Source: Carcharhinus amblyrhynchos (lineage: Eukaryota). From it: 64,000 bases of DNA. Shown here piece by piece: positions 52,101 through 64,000 of the stretch (position 1 is its first letter; each line of letters begins with the position of its first letter). The DNA is taken from NCBI GenBank assembly GCA_965287045.1, contig OZ336886.1, forward strand, positions 38,874,001 through 38,938,000, given 5' to 3'. A program made the position numbers and the translations under genes. Under the pieces are notes generated by a model, which worked only from the letters and a program-made list of their open reading frames with translations, made no database searches and was not told the DNA's origin.

Positions 52101-52221
52101 CGGGTAGCAATCCACCCTCTCATCCACTCCTGCAATCTTCATCTGTCCCCCTGTGATAAAGATTGTAGGCTGTCATTAGACTGTTCCATCACCTGAGAAC
52201 TTATTTTGTGTGTTGTAGTGA

Positions 52222-53523
52222 ATGTTTGACTAGATTTATCATTGTCACATGTATTAGGATACAGTGACATTTATTGTTTCTCGCACGCTAAACAAAACAT
52301 ACTGTAGATAGAGAACAAAAAGAGAGTGCATAATGTAGTGTTACAGTCATAGCTAGGGTGTCAAGAAAATTCATCTATTACGACGTAGTTCTATTCAGAG
52401 GTCTGATGAAGAAGCTGTTCTTGAATCAGTCAGTACGTGTCCTCAGACTTTTGTATCTTTTTCCCAACAGAAGAGGGTGGAAGAGAGTATGTCTGGGGTG
52501 CGTGGGGTCCTTGATTATGTTGGCTGCTTTTCCGAGGCAGCAGGAGGTGAAGGCAGAGTCAATGGATGGGAGGCTGGTTTGTGTGATGGACAGGGCTTCG
52601 TTCACGATACCTTGTAGTTTTTTGTGGTCTTGGACAGAGCAGGAGCCATATCAAACTGTGATACAGCCAGAAAGAATGTTTTCTATTGTGCATCTGTGAA
52701 CGTTGGTGAGAGTTGTAGTGGACTTGCCAAGTTTCCTTAGCCTCCTGAGAAAGTAAAGGCATGGTTGGTTTTCTTAACTATAGCATCGGAATGGAGGGAC
52801 CAGAATAGTTTGTTGGTGATCTGGACACCTACAAACTTGAAGCTCTCAAACATTTCCACTTCGTTCCTCTTGATGTACTCTGTCTCATCCTTGTTTGAGA
52901 TCCAACCTGCTGCGGTGGTGTCATCAGCAAACTTGAAAATCAAGCTGGAGGATATTTTGGTCACACAGTCATAGGTGTGTAAGGAGTATAATAAGGTGCC
53001 GATAACACAGCTTTGTGGGGCACCAGTGTTAAGGATGATATTGGAGGAAGTGTTCTGTTTCTCCTTGCTGATTGCGGTCTGTGAGTTAAGAAGTCCAGGA
53101 TCCGGTCACAGAGGGAGGAGCCGAGCCAAGGAGTTTGGAGATGAGCCTGGTAGGAATAATGGTGTTGAAAGTTGAGCTGTAGTCAATAAAAGGAGTCTGA
53201 CATGTGTCTTTGTTGTTAAGTGTACCAGGTTTGAGTTTAGGGCCAGGGAGATAGCGTCTGCTGTAGACCTGCTGTAGCGATAAGCGAACTGTAGAGTATC
53301 CAGGCAATTTGGGAGGCTGGAATTGATTCATGCCATGATTAACCTTTCAAAGCACTTCATATTGATGGATGTCAGAGCCACTGAACCATCATTATTAAGA
53401 AACGCTGCCTGGCTTTTCTTTGGTACAGGGCTAATAGTTGCTTTCTTGAAGGAGATAACAACCTCAGATCGGTGTAAAGAGGGGTTAAAAATGTCTGCAA
53501 ATGCCTCCTCTGGCTGTCCCATG
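52222..53523 (-). mobile_element. Rex1/Babar fragment, copy 4
   Basis: IFKFADDTT, FESFKFVGVQIT, FIDYSSTFNTIIP and VALTSINMKCFERL, with a 3' tail agatttatcattgtcacatg. Confidence 0.9.
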
Positions 53524-54820
53524 TAGAGAAGCATTGGAGGAGAGTAGCATGCCCAATATGGAGTAGGACAGGAGGTGGGTGGCAAACCCAGTATGTAGAG
53601 ATGAGGACAACGATATTGATGAGGAGCAATAGGAAAGGAGAATGTTTTACCGAGTGTTAAGTGAAGTGAGGCGTTTAGTGCCAACCTTATACAGCACAAC
53701 ACAGGACCAGAGAGCTGATCCCAGTGTGGAACAGTGTTTTAATTAAGAGGTGAGTAGTGATCTCAGGTGAAACAGCATGAGAGGACAACAGCAAATGCAA
53801 TGTGGATCAGTGCAAGAGGGGCATGCTGAATCCAGTGTGGACCAGCACAGCAGAAGAGGGACGAAACCAGCATGGGGAAGAGTAGGAGGGCAGCCCTCAA
53901 TCAAGTGTGAGCAGCGAAATTGATGAACCAAGTGTAGAATAATGTGTAATCAGGACGGTGAAAGCAGTGTGAAGCAACGCAGGTGGAATCAGCAATCTAG
54001 TCAGAAGTATTGCAGGAGCTGAGTGGTGAACCTGGTATGGAGTGATTAGGAGGAGACCTGCAAACTCAACATAATGCAACACAGGACATAAACAAAGAGC
54101 CCAGTTTCGAGTGGTAAAGCAGGACAGCAATGAACTCAGTGCAAGCAGCCTGGGAGAAAAACAATGAAACCAGTGTGGAGCAAAGTGAGAAAAGAACGGC
54201 AAATCAAATAGTGCAGGAGGAGCATGATAAATCCAGTCTGGAACAGTGGAGGTGGAGAAAGGTGTACACGGTATGGACCATGATGGGAGAAGAGCAATGA
54301 AACTAGTGTGGACCAGTACAGAGTGCGGTAAACCCAATTGAGCAGTGCACGTGGATGGCAAACCCAGTATATAGCAGAGCAAGAGGAAAGTGGGGATCCC
54401 AGTTTAGAAGAGTGTGGGAGGAGGTGGAGGGGTGATCCATGTGTGGAGCAGCACAAGAGGAGATCGGGGAAACCTATCGAGCAGCGCAGGAGCAGAGCGC
54501 TGATCCCAGTGTGGAGCCATGTGAATGAATGACAACGAATGCAGGATTGAGCAGCACAGCAATATTGCAGCAAACCCAGGAGGAGCAACTAAACCAACCA
54601 GAAACTACAAACAAAATGAAGGGAACAACATCAACTCTTGTACATGACCTCCTTTGATCTCACAAGAGCCTTTAACATTTTCAACCCTGAAAGATTAAGG
54701 AGAACTCTCCTCCTTTTTGGCTACCCCAAAAGTTTGTCACAATTTTCCACCTGCTCCACAATGACATGTAAACCTTAATCCTGACCAATGGATCTACCAC
54801 AGATCCAATTCACACCAACT

Positions 54821-54848
54821 CATAAGAACATAAGAAATAGGAGCAGGA
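54821..54848 (-). mobile_element. 28 bp extreme 5'-truncated CR1 3' tail inserted in an RTE fragment
   Basis: cataagaacataagaaataggagcagga is identical to the CR1 tail at ~1564-1591. It interrupts caccaac-tctcttctcaatc, which is uninterrupted in the paralogues. Confidence 0.85.
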
Positions 54849-55810
54849 TCTCTTCTCAATCGTGCTTCCTGCAATGCTCCATCTCACCCTCAGAAAGCTG
54901 CTGGTGGAATAGAGCTCAATTAAAGTACAAAAAAGAATCTGTTCAGTATCCAATATGTGCAGTCTGATCCAAGGTCATCCCATCCTCTGTAATGGAATTG
55001 AATAAAGGAAATGATGATTGCATCTGTGTACAATTGGAGAACAAGTTCCAAACCATGGTATGTATCTTCTCCAAGACGTATGAGTGCATGGGCCCTACAC
55101 TAAATATCCATAAGGCGATGGCCCTTGTCTAACCTATCCTCATCACACAGAACTGGCCTCACACTAGTCATCAAAATTGAGAACAAGTCCTTGGAAAACT
55201 AGGACGACGTTCCATACCTTGGGAACCCACGGGGGCACACAGCAACAATGAGAGCTGCGAACTCCATATAATGCGACATAGGACATAAACGACTAGCCCA
55301 GTTTTGAGTGGTGAAGCAGGAGAGCGATGAACCCAATGTGAGCAGGACAGGAGAAGAGCAATGAAACCATTGGGGAACAATACAAGAAGAGCCTGGTGAA
55401 TTAAATATGATACAGTGCAGAAGGACACTGGTAAACCTAGCAGTGGAGGAGAAGAGAGGTGAACACAGTATGGACCATTGTGGGAGGAGAGCAAAGAAAC
55501 CAGTGTGGCCCAGTGCAGAGTGCAGTGAACCCAGTCAAGCAGTGCACATGGATGGCTAACCCAGTAGCAAGCAGCACAAAAGGAGATCGGAGATCCCAGT
55601 TTAGAAGAGCATGAGAGGAGGTGGAGCGGCGATCCCAGTTTGGATGCCAAGGTGGAGATCGGGGAAACCCACTGAGCAGCCAGGAGCAGAGCGCTGAACC
55701 CAGTGTGGAGTCATGTGGATGCATGACGGTGAACCCAGTGTTGAACAGCAGCACAGCAGTATAGCAGCAAACCCTGGGTGGATCAGTGCAGGAGGAGCAA
55801 CAACACTAAG

Positions 55811-58335
55811 CAGCAACAATAACAGAAATGCAGGGAACAACATCAACTCTTGTACATAACCTTCTTTGATCTCACGAAAGCTTTCAACATTTTCAAATCT
55901 GAGAGATTATGGAGCATTCTCCTCCATTTCAGCTGCTCCAAATGTTTCTCACCATTCTCCACCTGCTCAACAATGACATGCAAGCCATGATCCTGATCAA
56001 TGGACCCACCACAGATCCAATTCAGTTTGGATCCAATTCTGTGTCATCACACCAACTCTCTTCTCAATTTTTCTTCATGCAATGCTCCATATCACCCTCA
56101 GCATCCTGCCATTGGATTAGAGCTAAATTACAGAACAAACAATCTGTTCAACATCCCATACATGCAGGCCTGATTCAAGGTTGCCCCATCCTCTGTCTTT
56201 GAACTACACAATGAAAACAGTGCTTGTGTCTGCACCAAATTGGAAGCCAATCTCCAAGCCATCGATCTGCACTTTCACTGAGACATACAAGAGCATGGGC
56301 CTTAAACTAAACATCAGACCTGCCCTCGTCACACAGAACCTTCTCCACCGGTCATCAAAATTGACCATAAGTCTTGGAAAACATGGACCAGTTTCCTCAC
56401 CTTAGGAGCCCTCAAGGGCAGACAACAACAAAAAGCTTCAACATTGCCTACAGTGTGCCAGCGCAGCCTCCTGTTGCCTGAAGAAGTGTCTGAAGATCAG
56501 GAGGCCAGACACATCACAAAGCTTATGGTCTACAGGGCAGTCGTGTTACCTCTCACCTAATCAGTTGGAAGACATGGACACTGCACAGCAGACACCTCAA
56601 AACCCTGGAGAAGTACCACCAGCGCTGCCACTGTAAACCCTGCAAATCCACTGGCAGCATTGGTTCATCAACTATATGTTCTAACTGAGGTCAGTCTCCT
56701 GAGCATTGAAGCATTGAGCATACTCAGTCAGCTCTGCTGGGCTGGCCACATTGCCATCTGTCTGACAGGAAACTGCCAAAGCAAACGCTGTACTTGGAGC
56801 TTCAATATGGCAAGCGAGCCCCAGGAGGGCAGAGAAAATGAATCAAGAACACTCTAAAGACTTCCCCTTTACTCAGAGAATGGTTGGGGTGTGGAATGGA
56901 CTGCCTGCTGTGAAAGTGGATTTGGATGCTTTAGGAACTTTCAAGTGGTTGTTGGATAGGCACATGGAACACAACAGAATGATAGGGAGTGGGATAGCTT
57001 GATCTTGTTTTTGGACAAAGCTCGGCACAACACCGAGGGCTGAAGGACCTGTACTGTGTGTACTGTTCTGTGTTTCTATGTTAAAACTTACAGCATCGCC
57101 ACCAAAGCCAAGGAATCCCGTGCCCAAGACCACCTGAAGTGGAGAAAAGTATCTGAGAAGGCCTTGATCATCATTGATGAAAACAAGCAGAAGCCGAGTG
57201 GTGTCAGAAAAGGAATGGTAGCAATCCACCCACTCACCCACTCCTCCAATCCCCAACGTTGTTTCCAATCTTGCTCCCTGCAATGCTCCATCTTATCCTC
57301 AGAAAGCTGCCGGTGGATTAGAGCTCAATTAAAATACAAACAAGAACGTGTTCAGCATGCAGTACGTGCAGGCCTCATCCAAGATCATCTCATCCTCTTG
57401 TCATGGAACTACATAAAGGAAACAATGAATGCGTTTGTGCACAATTGGAGACCAAGCTCCGAACCATGGTCAACACCTTCTCCAAGACATACGAGAGCAT
57501 GGGCCTTACCTTCACCAAAACACAATGGTCCTCTTCCACCCTGCCCTTGTCTCACAGAACTTGCCCCACACTGGTTATCAAAATCGACAACGTCCTTGGA
57601 AAATGTGGACCACTTTCCATTCCTCGGGAGCCCATAAGGGCAAACAACAGTGAGCTTCAACACCATCTTCAGTGTGCCAACACAGCTTTTTTTCATCTAA
57701 GAAAGTGTTTGAAGATCAGGAACACACCCCAGCACAAAGCTCATGGTCTGCTGGGCAGTAGTGTTACCACCCACCATATGGCTCTCAGAGACGTGGACTC
57801 TGCACAGCAGGCACATCAAAAACCATGGAACAGTACCACCACTGTTGCCTCTACAACATCCTGTAAATCCGTTGGCAGCATAGGCACGCAACATCAGTGG
57901 TCTCGCTCTGGTCAATCTCCTGAGCATTCAAATATTGACCATGCTTAGTCAGGTCTGTTGGGTTGGCCACATCGTCTGCATGTTTGACACAAGACACCCA
58001 AAGCAAACGCTGTACTTGGAACTTCGATTCAGCAAGCGAGCCCCAAGTGGGCAGAGAAAATGCTTCAAGAACACCCTGAAAATTTCCTCAAAACATTCAT
58101 CACCAACGACACCAGGAAATCACATGCCCAAAACTGCCTGAAGTGAATGAAAAGCATTTGAGAAGGAATTGAACATCTTGATCTTCATCGCCGAGAGCAA
58201 GCAGAAGACGAGCGGTGTCAGAGAAAGGAGTGCATAGCAATCCATCCACTCCTCCAATCCCCACCTGCCCTCCTGTGATAGAGATTGTAGGTTGTCGTTA
58301 GACTGCTCCATCATTTGAGAACTTCCTTTGAGTGT
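55811..58335 (+). mobile_element. Two tandem degenerate RTE 3' halves (interrupted by a CR1 tail)
   Basis: KCREQ...FFDLTKAF, LHLLNNDMQAMILINGPTTDP, LENVDHFPFLGS and WVGHIVCMFDTRHPKQTLYLELRFSKRAPSGQRKCFKNTLK. Confidence 0.85.
56864..57082 (+). mobile_element. CR1 3' end fragment
   Basis: tttactcagagaatggttggggtgtggaatggactgcct (FTQRMVGVWNGLP) followed by gggctgaaggacctgtactgtg...ttctatgtt. It interrupts the RTE string acttcctc/aaaacttac. Confidence 0.85.
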
Positions 58336-59467
58336 TGTAGTAAGTGTGGAAAAGTGTGGGAGGAGAATGGTATTGCTCAGTGTGGAGTAGCGCAGGATGA
58401 GGACGGTGACCCGAATGAGGAGGTGTGAGAAAGGAGAGCATTTAACTGAATGTTGAGTGGATTGGGGGTGGAATGGGGAAGGGGAGGAGGTGATACTAGT
58501 GGCTAGAGAACCGATATCAGTATACAATGGTGTTTTAGTAGGAACACGAGTGGGGTGAACCGAGGGTCGAACAGCATGAAATGATGGCAGCAAACCCAGT
58601 GTGGAGCAGCATAGCAGAAGAAGGAGGAAGCCAGTATGCAGCAGAGCAGGAGGACAGTGATCAACCTGGTGTGGAGCAGAACAAGAGAGAGAGAGATGAA
58701 TCCAGTGCGAGCAGCAAGATTGGCGAACCAAGTGTGAAACAATGTGTTAGGAGGACGGTGAAAGCAGTATGGAACAGCATGGGTGGAATCGACAATGTAG
58801 TTTGAAGCATTGCAGGAGCAAAGCGGTGAACCCAGTATGGAGTGACATGGGAGGAGAGCTGCAAACTCAAGATAATGCAACGTAGATATGCGACATGGGA
58901 CATAAACGATGATCCCAATTTGGAATGGTGAAATAGGAGAGCAATGAACCCAGTGCGAGCAGCACGGGAGAAGAACAATGAAATCAGTGAGGGGCAATAC
59001 GAGAAGATTACAGAAAATCGAACATGGTGCAGTGCAGGACGAGAGTGATAAATCCAGTTTGGGGCAGTGTAGGAGGGGAGAGGTAAACACAAAATGGACC
59101 ATCCTGGGAGAAGAACGAAGAAACCAGTGTGGCCCAGTGCAGGCAGAGTGCGGTGAACCCAGTCAAACAGTGCATATGGATGGCAAATGCAGTATGGAGC
59201 AGTGCAGGAGGAGAGAAGAGATCCCAGTTTCAAAGAGTGTGGGAGGAGGTGGAGAGGTGATCCCGGTGTGGAGCAGCACATGAGGCGAGTGGTGTAACCC
59301 AATGAGCAGCGCAGGAGCAGAGCGCCGAACCCAGTGTAGAGCCATGTGGATGCATGATAGCGAACATTGTTTTCAGCAGCGCAGCAGTATTGCAGCAAAC
59401 CCAGGGTGGAGCATGCGGGAAGAGCAGCAACACCATGCAGCAAATACAAGAGAAATGCAGGGAATAA

Positions 59468-59755
59468 GGGCAGCATGGTGGCACACTGGTTAGCCTCACA
59501 GTGCCAGGGACCCAGGTTCGATTCCCGGCTTAGGTCACTGTCTGTGTAGAGTTTGCACATTCTCCCTATGTCTGCGTGGGTTTTCTTTGGGTGCTCCGGT
59601 TTCCTCCCACAGCCCAAAGATGTGCAGGCTAGGTGGATTGGGCATGCTAAATTGCCCCTTAGGAACTAGCTAGGGTAAATGTATGGTGTTGTGGGATTGT
59701 GGTTGGTGCAGACTCGATGGGCTGAATGGCCACCTGCGCTGTATGGATTCTATGA
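59468..59755 (+). mobile_element. HE1-type tRNA-derived SINE with CR1-like tail
   Basis: gggcagcatggtggcacactggttagc (A-box), ggttcgattccc (B-box), the central gtttgcacattctccc...ggtttcctccca domain and the tail gatgggctgaatggc...attctatga. Confidence 0.92.
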
Positions 59756-60745
59756 CCTTGATCTGCAAAGCTGAGAGCAAACAGAAGAGAAATGTCAGGA
59801 AAAGGTGTGCCTAGCAGTGGGAGGGGAGAGTGTTTAACTGACTGTTGAGCAGAATAGGATATTTAGTAGCAAACTTGTATAATGCTATACAGACTAGAGA
59901 TATGATCCCAGTGTACAACACTGTTTTAGTAAGAAGTGAGTGGTGATTCCAGGATAGGACAGCATGAGATGATGGCGGCAAATGCAGTATGGAGCAGTGC
60001 GAGAGGGGAGTGCTGAACCCAGTGTGGAGCAACGCAGCAGAACAGGGAGAAAATCAGCATGGAGAAGAGTAGCGGTCAACGCAATGTGGAGCAGCATGAG
60101 GGGAGAGAGACAAATACAGTGTGAAGCAGCAAGATTGGCAAACCAAGTGTAGAACAATCAGTTATCAGGATGGCAAAAGCAGGTTCGGTGGAATCAGCAG
60201 TCCAATATGAAACATTGCAGGAGCGGTGAACCTAGTATGCCAATCTGGAACTTAAATGATGAGCCCAGTTTTGAGTGGTACCCTAGAAGACCAATGGTCC
60301 AGTGTGAGCAGCATGGGAGAAGAACATGGAACCAGTGTACAGCAATGTGAGAAGAGTACAGCAAATTGAATATTGTGCCGCGCAACTAGCGCTTGATAAA
60401 TCCAGTCTGGGGCAGCGAAGAAGGAGAGAGGTGAACACAGTATGGTTCATTGTGGGAGAAGAGTAAAGATTACAGTGTGGACCAGTCCAGGCAGAGGGCA
60501 GTGAACCCTGAGGAGTAGTGCACATGGATGGAGAACCCACTACAGAACAGTGTTGGATGTGAGCAGAGGTCCCGTTCAGAAGGAAGTAGGAGAAGGAGGA
60601 ATGGTGATCCCAATGCGGAGCAGTATGTGAGGTGAGTAACGATCCCAGTGAGGGGGCATGTGGATGCATGACAACAAAACCAGTGTTGAGCAACACAGCA
60701 GCAAGCCCAGGATGCAGCTGTGAGGGAGGAGCAATTAAACCGAGC

Positions 60746-61925
60746 AGCAACTACAAGGGAAATTCAGGGAACAGCACCAACCCTCGTGTATGACATTCTT
60801 GAATCTTGCAAGAGCCGTCAACATTGTCAATCCTGAGGGATTATGGAGCACACTCCATTTCAGCTGCCCCAAATGTTTGTCACATTTCTCCAGCTGCTCC
60901 ACAATGACATGCAAGCCTTGATCCTGACCAATGGATCCACCACAGATCAAATTCGCTTTGGAAATGTGGTCGTGAAATTCTGCATCATCACACCAACGCT
61001 CTTCTCAATTTTGCTTCATGCACACTCTGATCTGACACTCAGCAACCTGCCACTGGATTAGAGCTAAATTACAGAACAAACGACAATCTATTCAGTGATC
61101 CATACATGCAGGCCGGATCCAAAGTCGTCCTGTCCTTCTGTCAGTCAACGACGTATAGCAAATAATGATTGCGACTGCGCAAAATTGGAGGCCAAGTTCC
61201 AAACCATGGTCAACAGTACGAGAGATGTACATAAATATGCTGTCGCCTGAGGAAGTGTTTGAAGATCAGGAACTCAGTCAAATAACAGGGCTCATGGTCT
61301 ACAGTGCTTACTGCAGTGTTACTGCCCATCTCTATGGCTCAGAAATGTTGATTATGTACAGCAGGCACCTCAAAACCCTGGAGAAGTAGCACCAGTGCTG
61401 CCTCTGGATGATCCTGAAAATCCATTGATAGCATAAACACACACCAACGCTCTTCTCAATTTTGCCACTGGACAATGCTCTCATTCAGGCCAATATCCCA
61501 GCACTGAAGCATTGACCATGCTGAGTCAACTCTGCTGGGCACACCATATCGCCAAATGTCTGACACGAGATACCCAAAGCAAATGCTGTGCTTGGAGCTA
61601 CGATATTGCAAGCAAGTCCCATAGGAGCAGGAAAATTGCATCAATAACACCCTAAAAACGTCTTCAAAACTTAGAACAACCCCACTGATAGCAGGGAATC
61701 CCTTGCGCAAGACCATTTAAAATGGATGAAAAGCATTGAAAAGGAGCTGAACACCTTGATCTTCATCGCCAAGAGCAAGCAGAAGTCGAGTGGTGTCAGG
61801 AAAGGAGTGCGTTGTGATCCACTCACTCATCCACTCCTCTTTTCCATATCTGCCCCCCGTGATAGAAATTGTAGGCTATCATTCGACTGTTCCGCCATCT
61901 GTGAAATTATTTTGAGTGTTGTAGT
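60746..61925 (+). mobile_element. Degenerate RTE 3' half
   Basis: FVTFLQLLHNDMQALILTNGSTTD...ITPTLFSI and LMVY...LYGSE...YSRHLKTLEK. Confidence 0.85.
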
Positions 61926-62956
61926 AAGTGTGGAGAAGCACGGGGAGTGTTGCATGCCCAGTGTGAAGAGGGCAGGAGACAGGTGGCAATCCCAGTATGA
62001 AGTAACACGGAATGAGGATGGAGATCCGAATGAGGAGCAGCAGCTGAGGAGAGTGTTTAACTAAGTATTGAGTGGAGTGGGGCATTTATTGGTGAACTTG
62101 TATAATGCAACACAGGACCTCAGAACTGATCCTAGAGTACAACATTGTTTTAGTAAGGACATGAATAGTGATCCCAGGGTAGAACAGCATGAGAGGATGG
62201 GCAGCAAATGCAGTGTGGAGGAGTTTGAGAGGGGAGTGCTGAACCCAGTCTGGAGCAGCATGAGAGGAGTGAGTTGAATCCAGCGTTGAGCAGCGAGGTT
62301 GGCGAACCAAGTGTAGAAAAATGTGTTATCAGGAAAGTGAAAGAAGTAAGGGGCAAGGCATCAGCAATCCGGTATGAAGCGTCGCAGGAGCAGAGCGGTG
62401 GAGCTAGTATGGAGTGACAGGGGAGAAGATCTGCAAACTCTTTATAATGTGATGTAGGATAAATGACCAGCCTATTTTCGAGTGGTGAAACAGGACGGCA
62501 GTAAACCGAGTGCGAGCAGATAGGAGAAGAGCAATGAAACCAGTGCAGAGCAATGTGAGAAGAGTACTGTGAGTTGAATATGGTGCAGCACAGGAGAAGA
62601 GGAATAGTCTGGAGTAATGGAAGAAGACAGAAGCGAACACAGTGATCGTAGAAGAGCGAAGAAACCAGTGTGGCCCAGTGCAGGCAGAGTGCAGTAAACC
62701 TAGTCGAGCAGTGTGCAGGGATATCAAACCCAGTGTGGAGCACCACAGGAGGAGAGTGAAGATCTCAGTTTACAAGAATGTGGGAGGAGGTGGTGGGGCA
62801 ATCCCAGTGTGGAGCAGCGTGTGAGGAGAGCGGTGGAACCCATTGAGTAGCACAGGAGCAGAGGGCTTATCCCAGTGTGGAGCCATTTGGATGCATGACG
62901 ATGAACCCAGTGTTGTGCAGTTCAGCAGGAAACCTGAGGTGGAGGTGCATGGGACG

Positions 62957-64000
62957 AGCAACTACAAGAGAAATGCAGAGAAAGCAGCAGCAATTTTACA
63001 TGATCTTCTTTGATCTCGGAAGAGTCTTCAACGTTGTCTATGCTGAGAGGTTATGGGGAACTATCCTCTGTGTTGGCTGCCCCAGTGGTCACCATTCTCT
63101 ACCTGCTTCACAATGACACGTAGGCCATGAACCTGACCAACGGATCCACCATAAACCCAACTTATACCAATACTGTTCTCAATCTTGGTTCCGACATTGC
63201 ACCATCGCACCCCCTGAAAGCTGCAAGTGAAATAGAGCTAAATGACAGAACAAACAAGAATCTGTTCAGCATCAAAAAGGTGCAGGCCTGATCCAGGGTC
63301 GTTCCATGTTGTTATGGAACTGTATTTGGAAACGGTGATTGTGCTTGTGCACAATTGGAGGCCAAGCTCCGAACCATGGTCAACACTTTCACCAAGATGT
63401 ATGAGAGCGTGGGCCTTTCACTAAATATCCAGAAGACAATGGTCCTCTTTCAACCTCCCTCATCATACAGAACTGATGCCACCAAAACCGGTCATCAAAA
63501 TCAACAACAAGTTCTTGGAAAATGTGGACTACGTTCCATAACGTGACAAGTCACAATGGCAGACAACAACAACAAGCTTCAACACTGTCTTCAGTGTGCC
63601 AACGCAGCCTTCTTTCACCTGAGGATGTGTTTGAAGATCAGGAACTCAGACAAGCACGAAGCTCATGGTCTACAGGGTCCTAGTGCTACAACCCTCTATG
63701 TGGCTCAGAGACGTGGACTCTGTACAGCAGGCACCTCAAACCCTGGAGAAATCCCTCCAGTGCTGCCACTGCAAGATCCTGCAAATCCATTGGCAGCAAA
63801 GGCACACAACGTCAGTGGTATCGCTCAGATCAATCTCCTGAGCATCGAAGCACTGACCAGGCTGAGTGATCTCTGCTGGGCTGGCCACTTCACCACATCA
63901 GACAGGAGTCTCCCAAAGCAATTTCTGTACTCACAGCTTTGATACAGCAAGCCCCAGGAGGGTAGAGAAAATGCATCAAGTACATCCCGAAAACTTCTTC
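62957..64000 (+). mobile_element. Degenerate RTE fragment running off the window end
   Basis: IFFDLGRVFNVV, MVNTFTKMYESVGLSLNIQKT and LLSIEALTRLSDLCWAGHF...LPKQFLYSQL. Confidence 0.85.

Larger units (their letters stand above)
23340..62956 (+). repeat. Satellite B: degenerate 33 bp satellite (consensus ~GAACCCAGTGTGGAGCAGTGCAGGAGGAGAGCAGT-like) interleaved with duplicated TE fragments
   Basis: gaacccagtgtggagcag recurs throughout. Minus-strand translations show an 11 aa periodicity (LLHTGF / CSTLG / APHWV). Clean 33 bp arrays occur at ~26350-26790 and 47614-47785. Confidence 0.95.

Noticed and set aside
59468-59540. tRNA gene-like A and B boxes (also ~3280-3351 on the minus strand)
   Set aside because: These are SINE heads followed by SINE body and tail, with no complete cloverleaf.
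23340-62956. CACAGTG/CCCAGTG words resembling V(D)J recombination signal heptamers
   Set aside because: No ACAAAAACC nonamer was seen at 12/23 spacing and there are no V, D or J coding segments. They are satellite monomer variants.
23340-62956. Similarity of ggagcagtgcaggagg to the Jeffreys/chi-like minisatellite core
   Set aside because: A short G-rich partial match is expected by chance, and there is no evidence for a relationship.

Overview
This is eukaryotic, almost entirely repetitive DNA, most likely from a shark or other cartilaginous fish. That inference rests on HE1-type tRNA-derived SINEs and on CR1, RTE, Rex1/Babar and Penelope-like retroelements of the kind seen in chondrichthyans. 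Bases 1-3350 are mostly non-satellite. They hold a candidate spliced gene end (1172-1454), a 5'-truncated CR1 LINE and a SINE. Bases ~3810-21390 are a purine-rich, CpG-retaining ~30-33 bp satellite with ~1.7-1.8 kb and then ~2.43 kb higher-order periods. It appears to have expanded from a ~125 bp linker inside one copy of a ~770 bp tandem unit. Bases ~23340-64000 are a second degenerate 33 bp satellite that was re-duplicated in multi-kb blocks together with embedded RTE, Rex1/Babar, CR1 and hairpin-element fragments. Single-copy later insertions include a Penelope-like element with 367 bp inverted arms, a 13 bp TSD, an RT C-terminus plus GIY-YIG ORF and two minimal hammerhead-ribozyme motifs. 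No complete host gene is evident, and most listed ORFs are by-products of the satellites. Coordinates of degenerate repeats are approximate and were read by eye.
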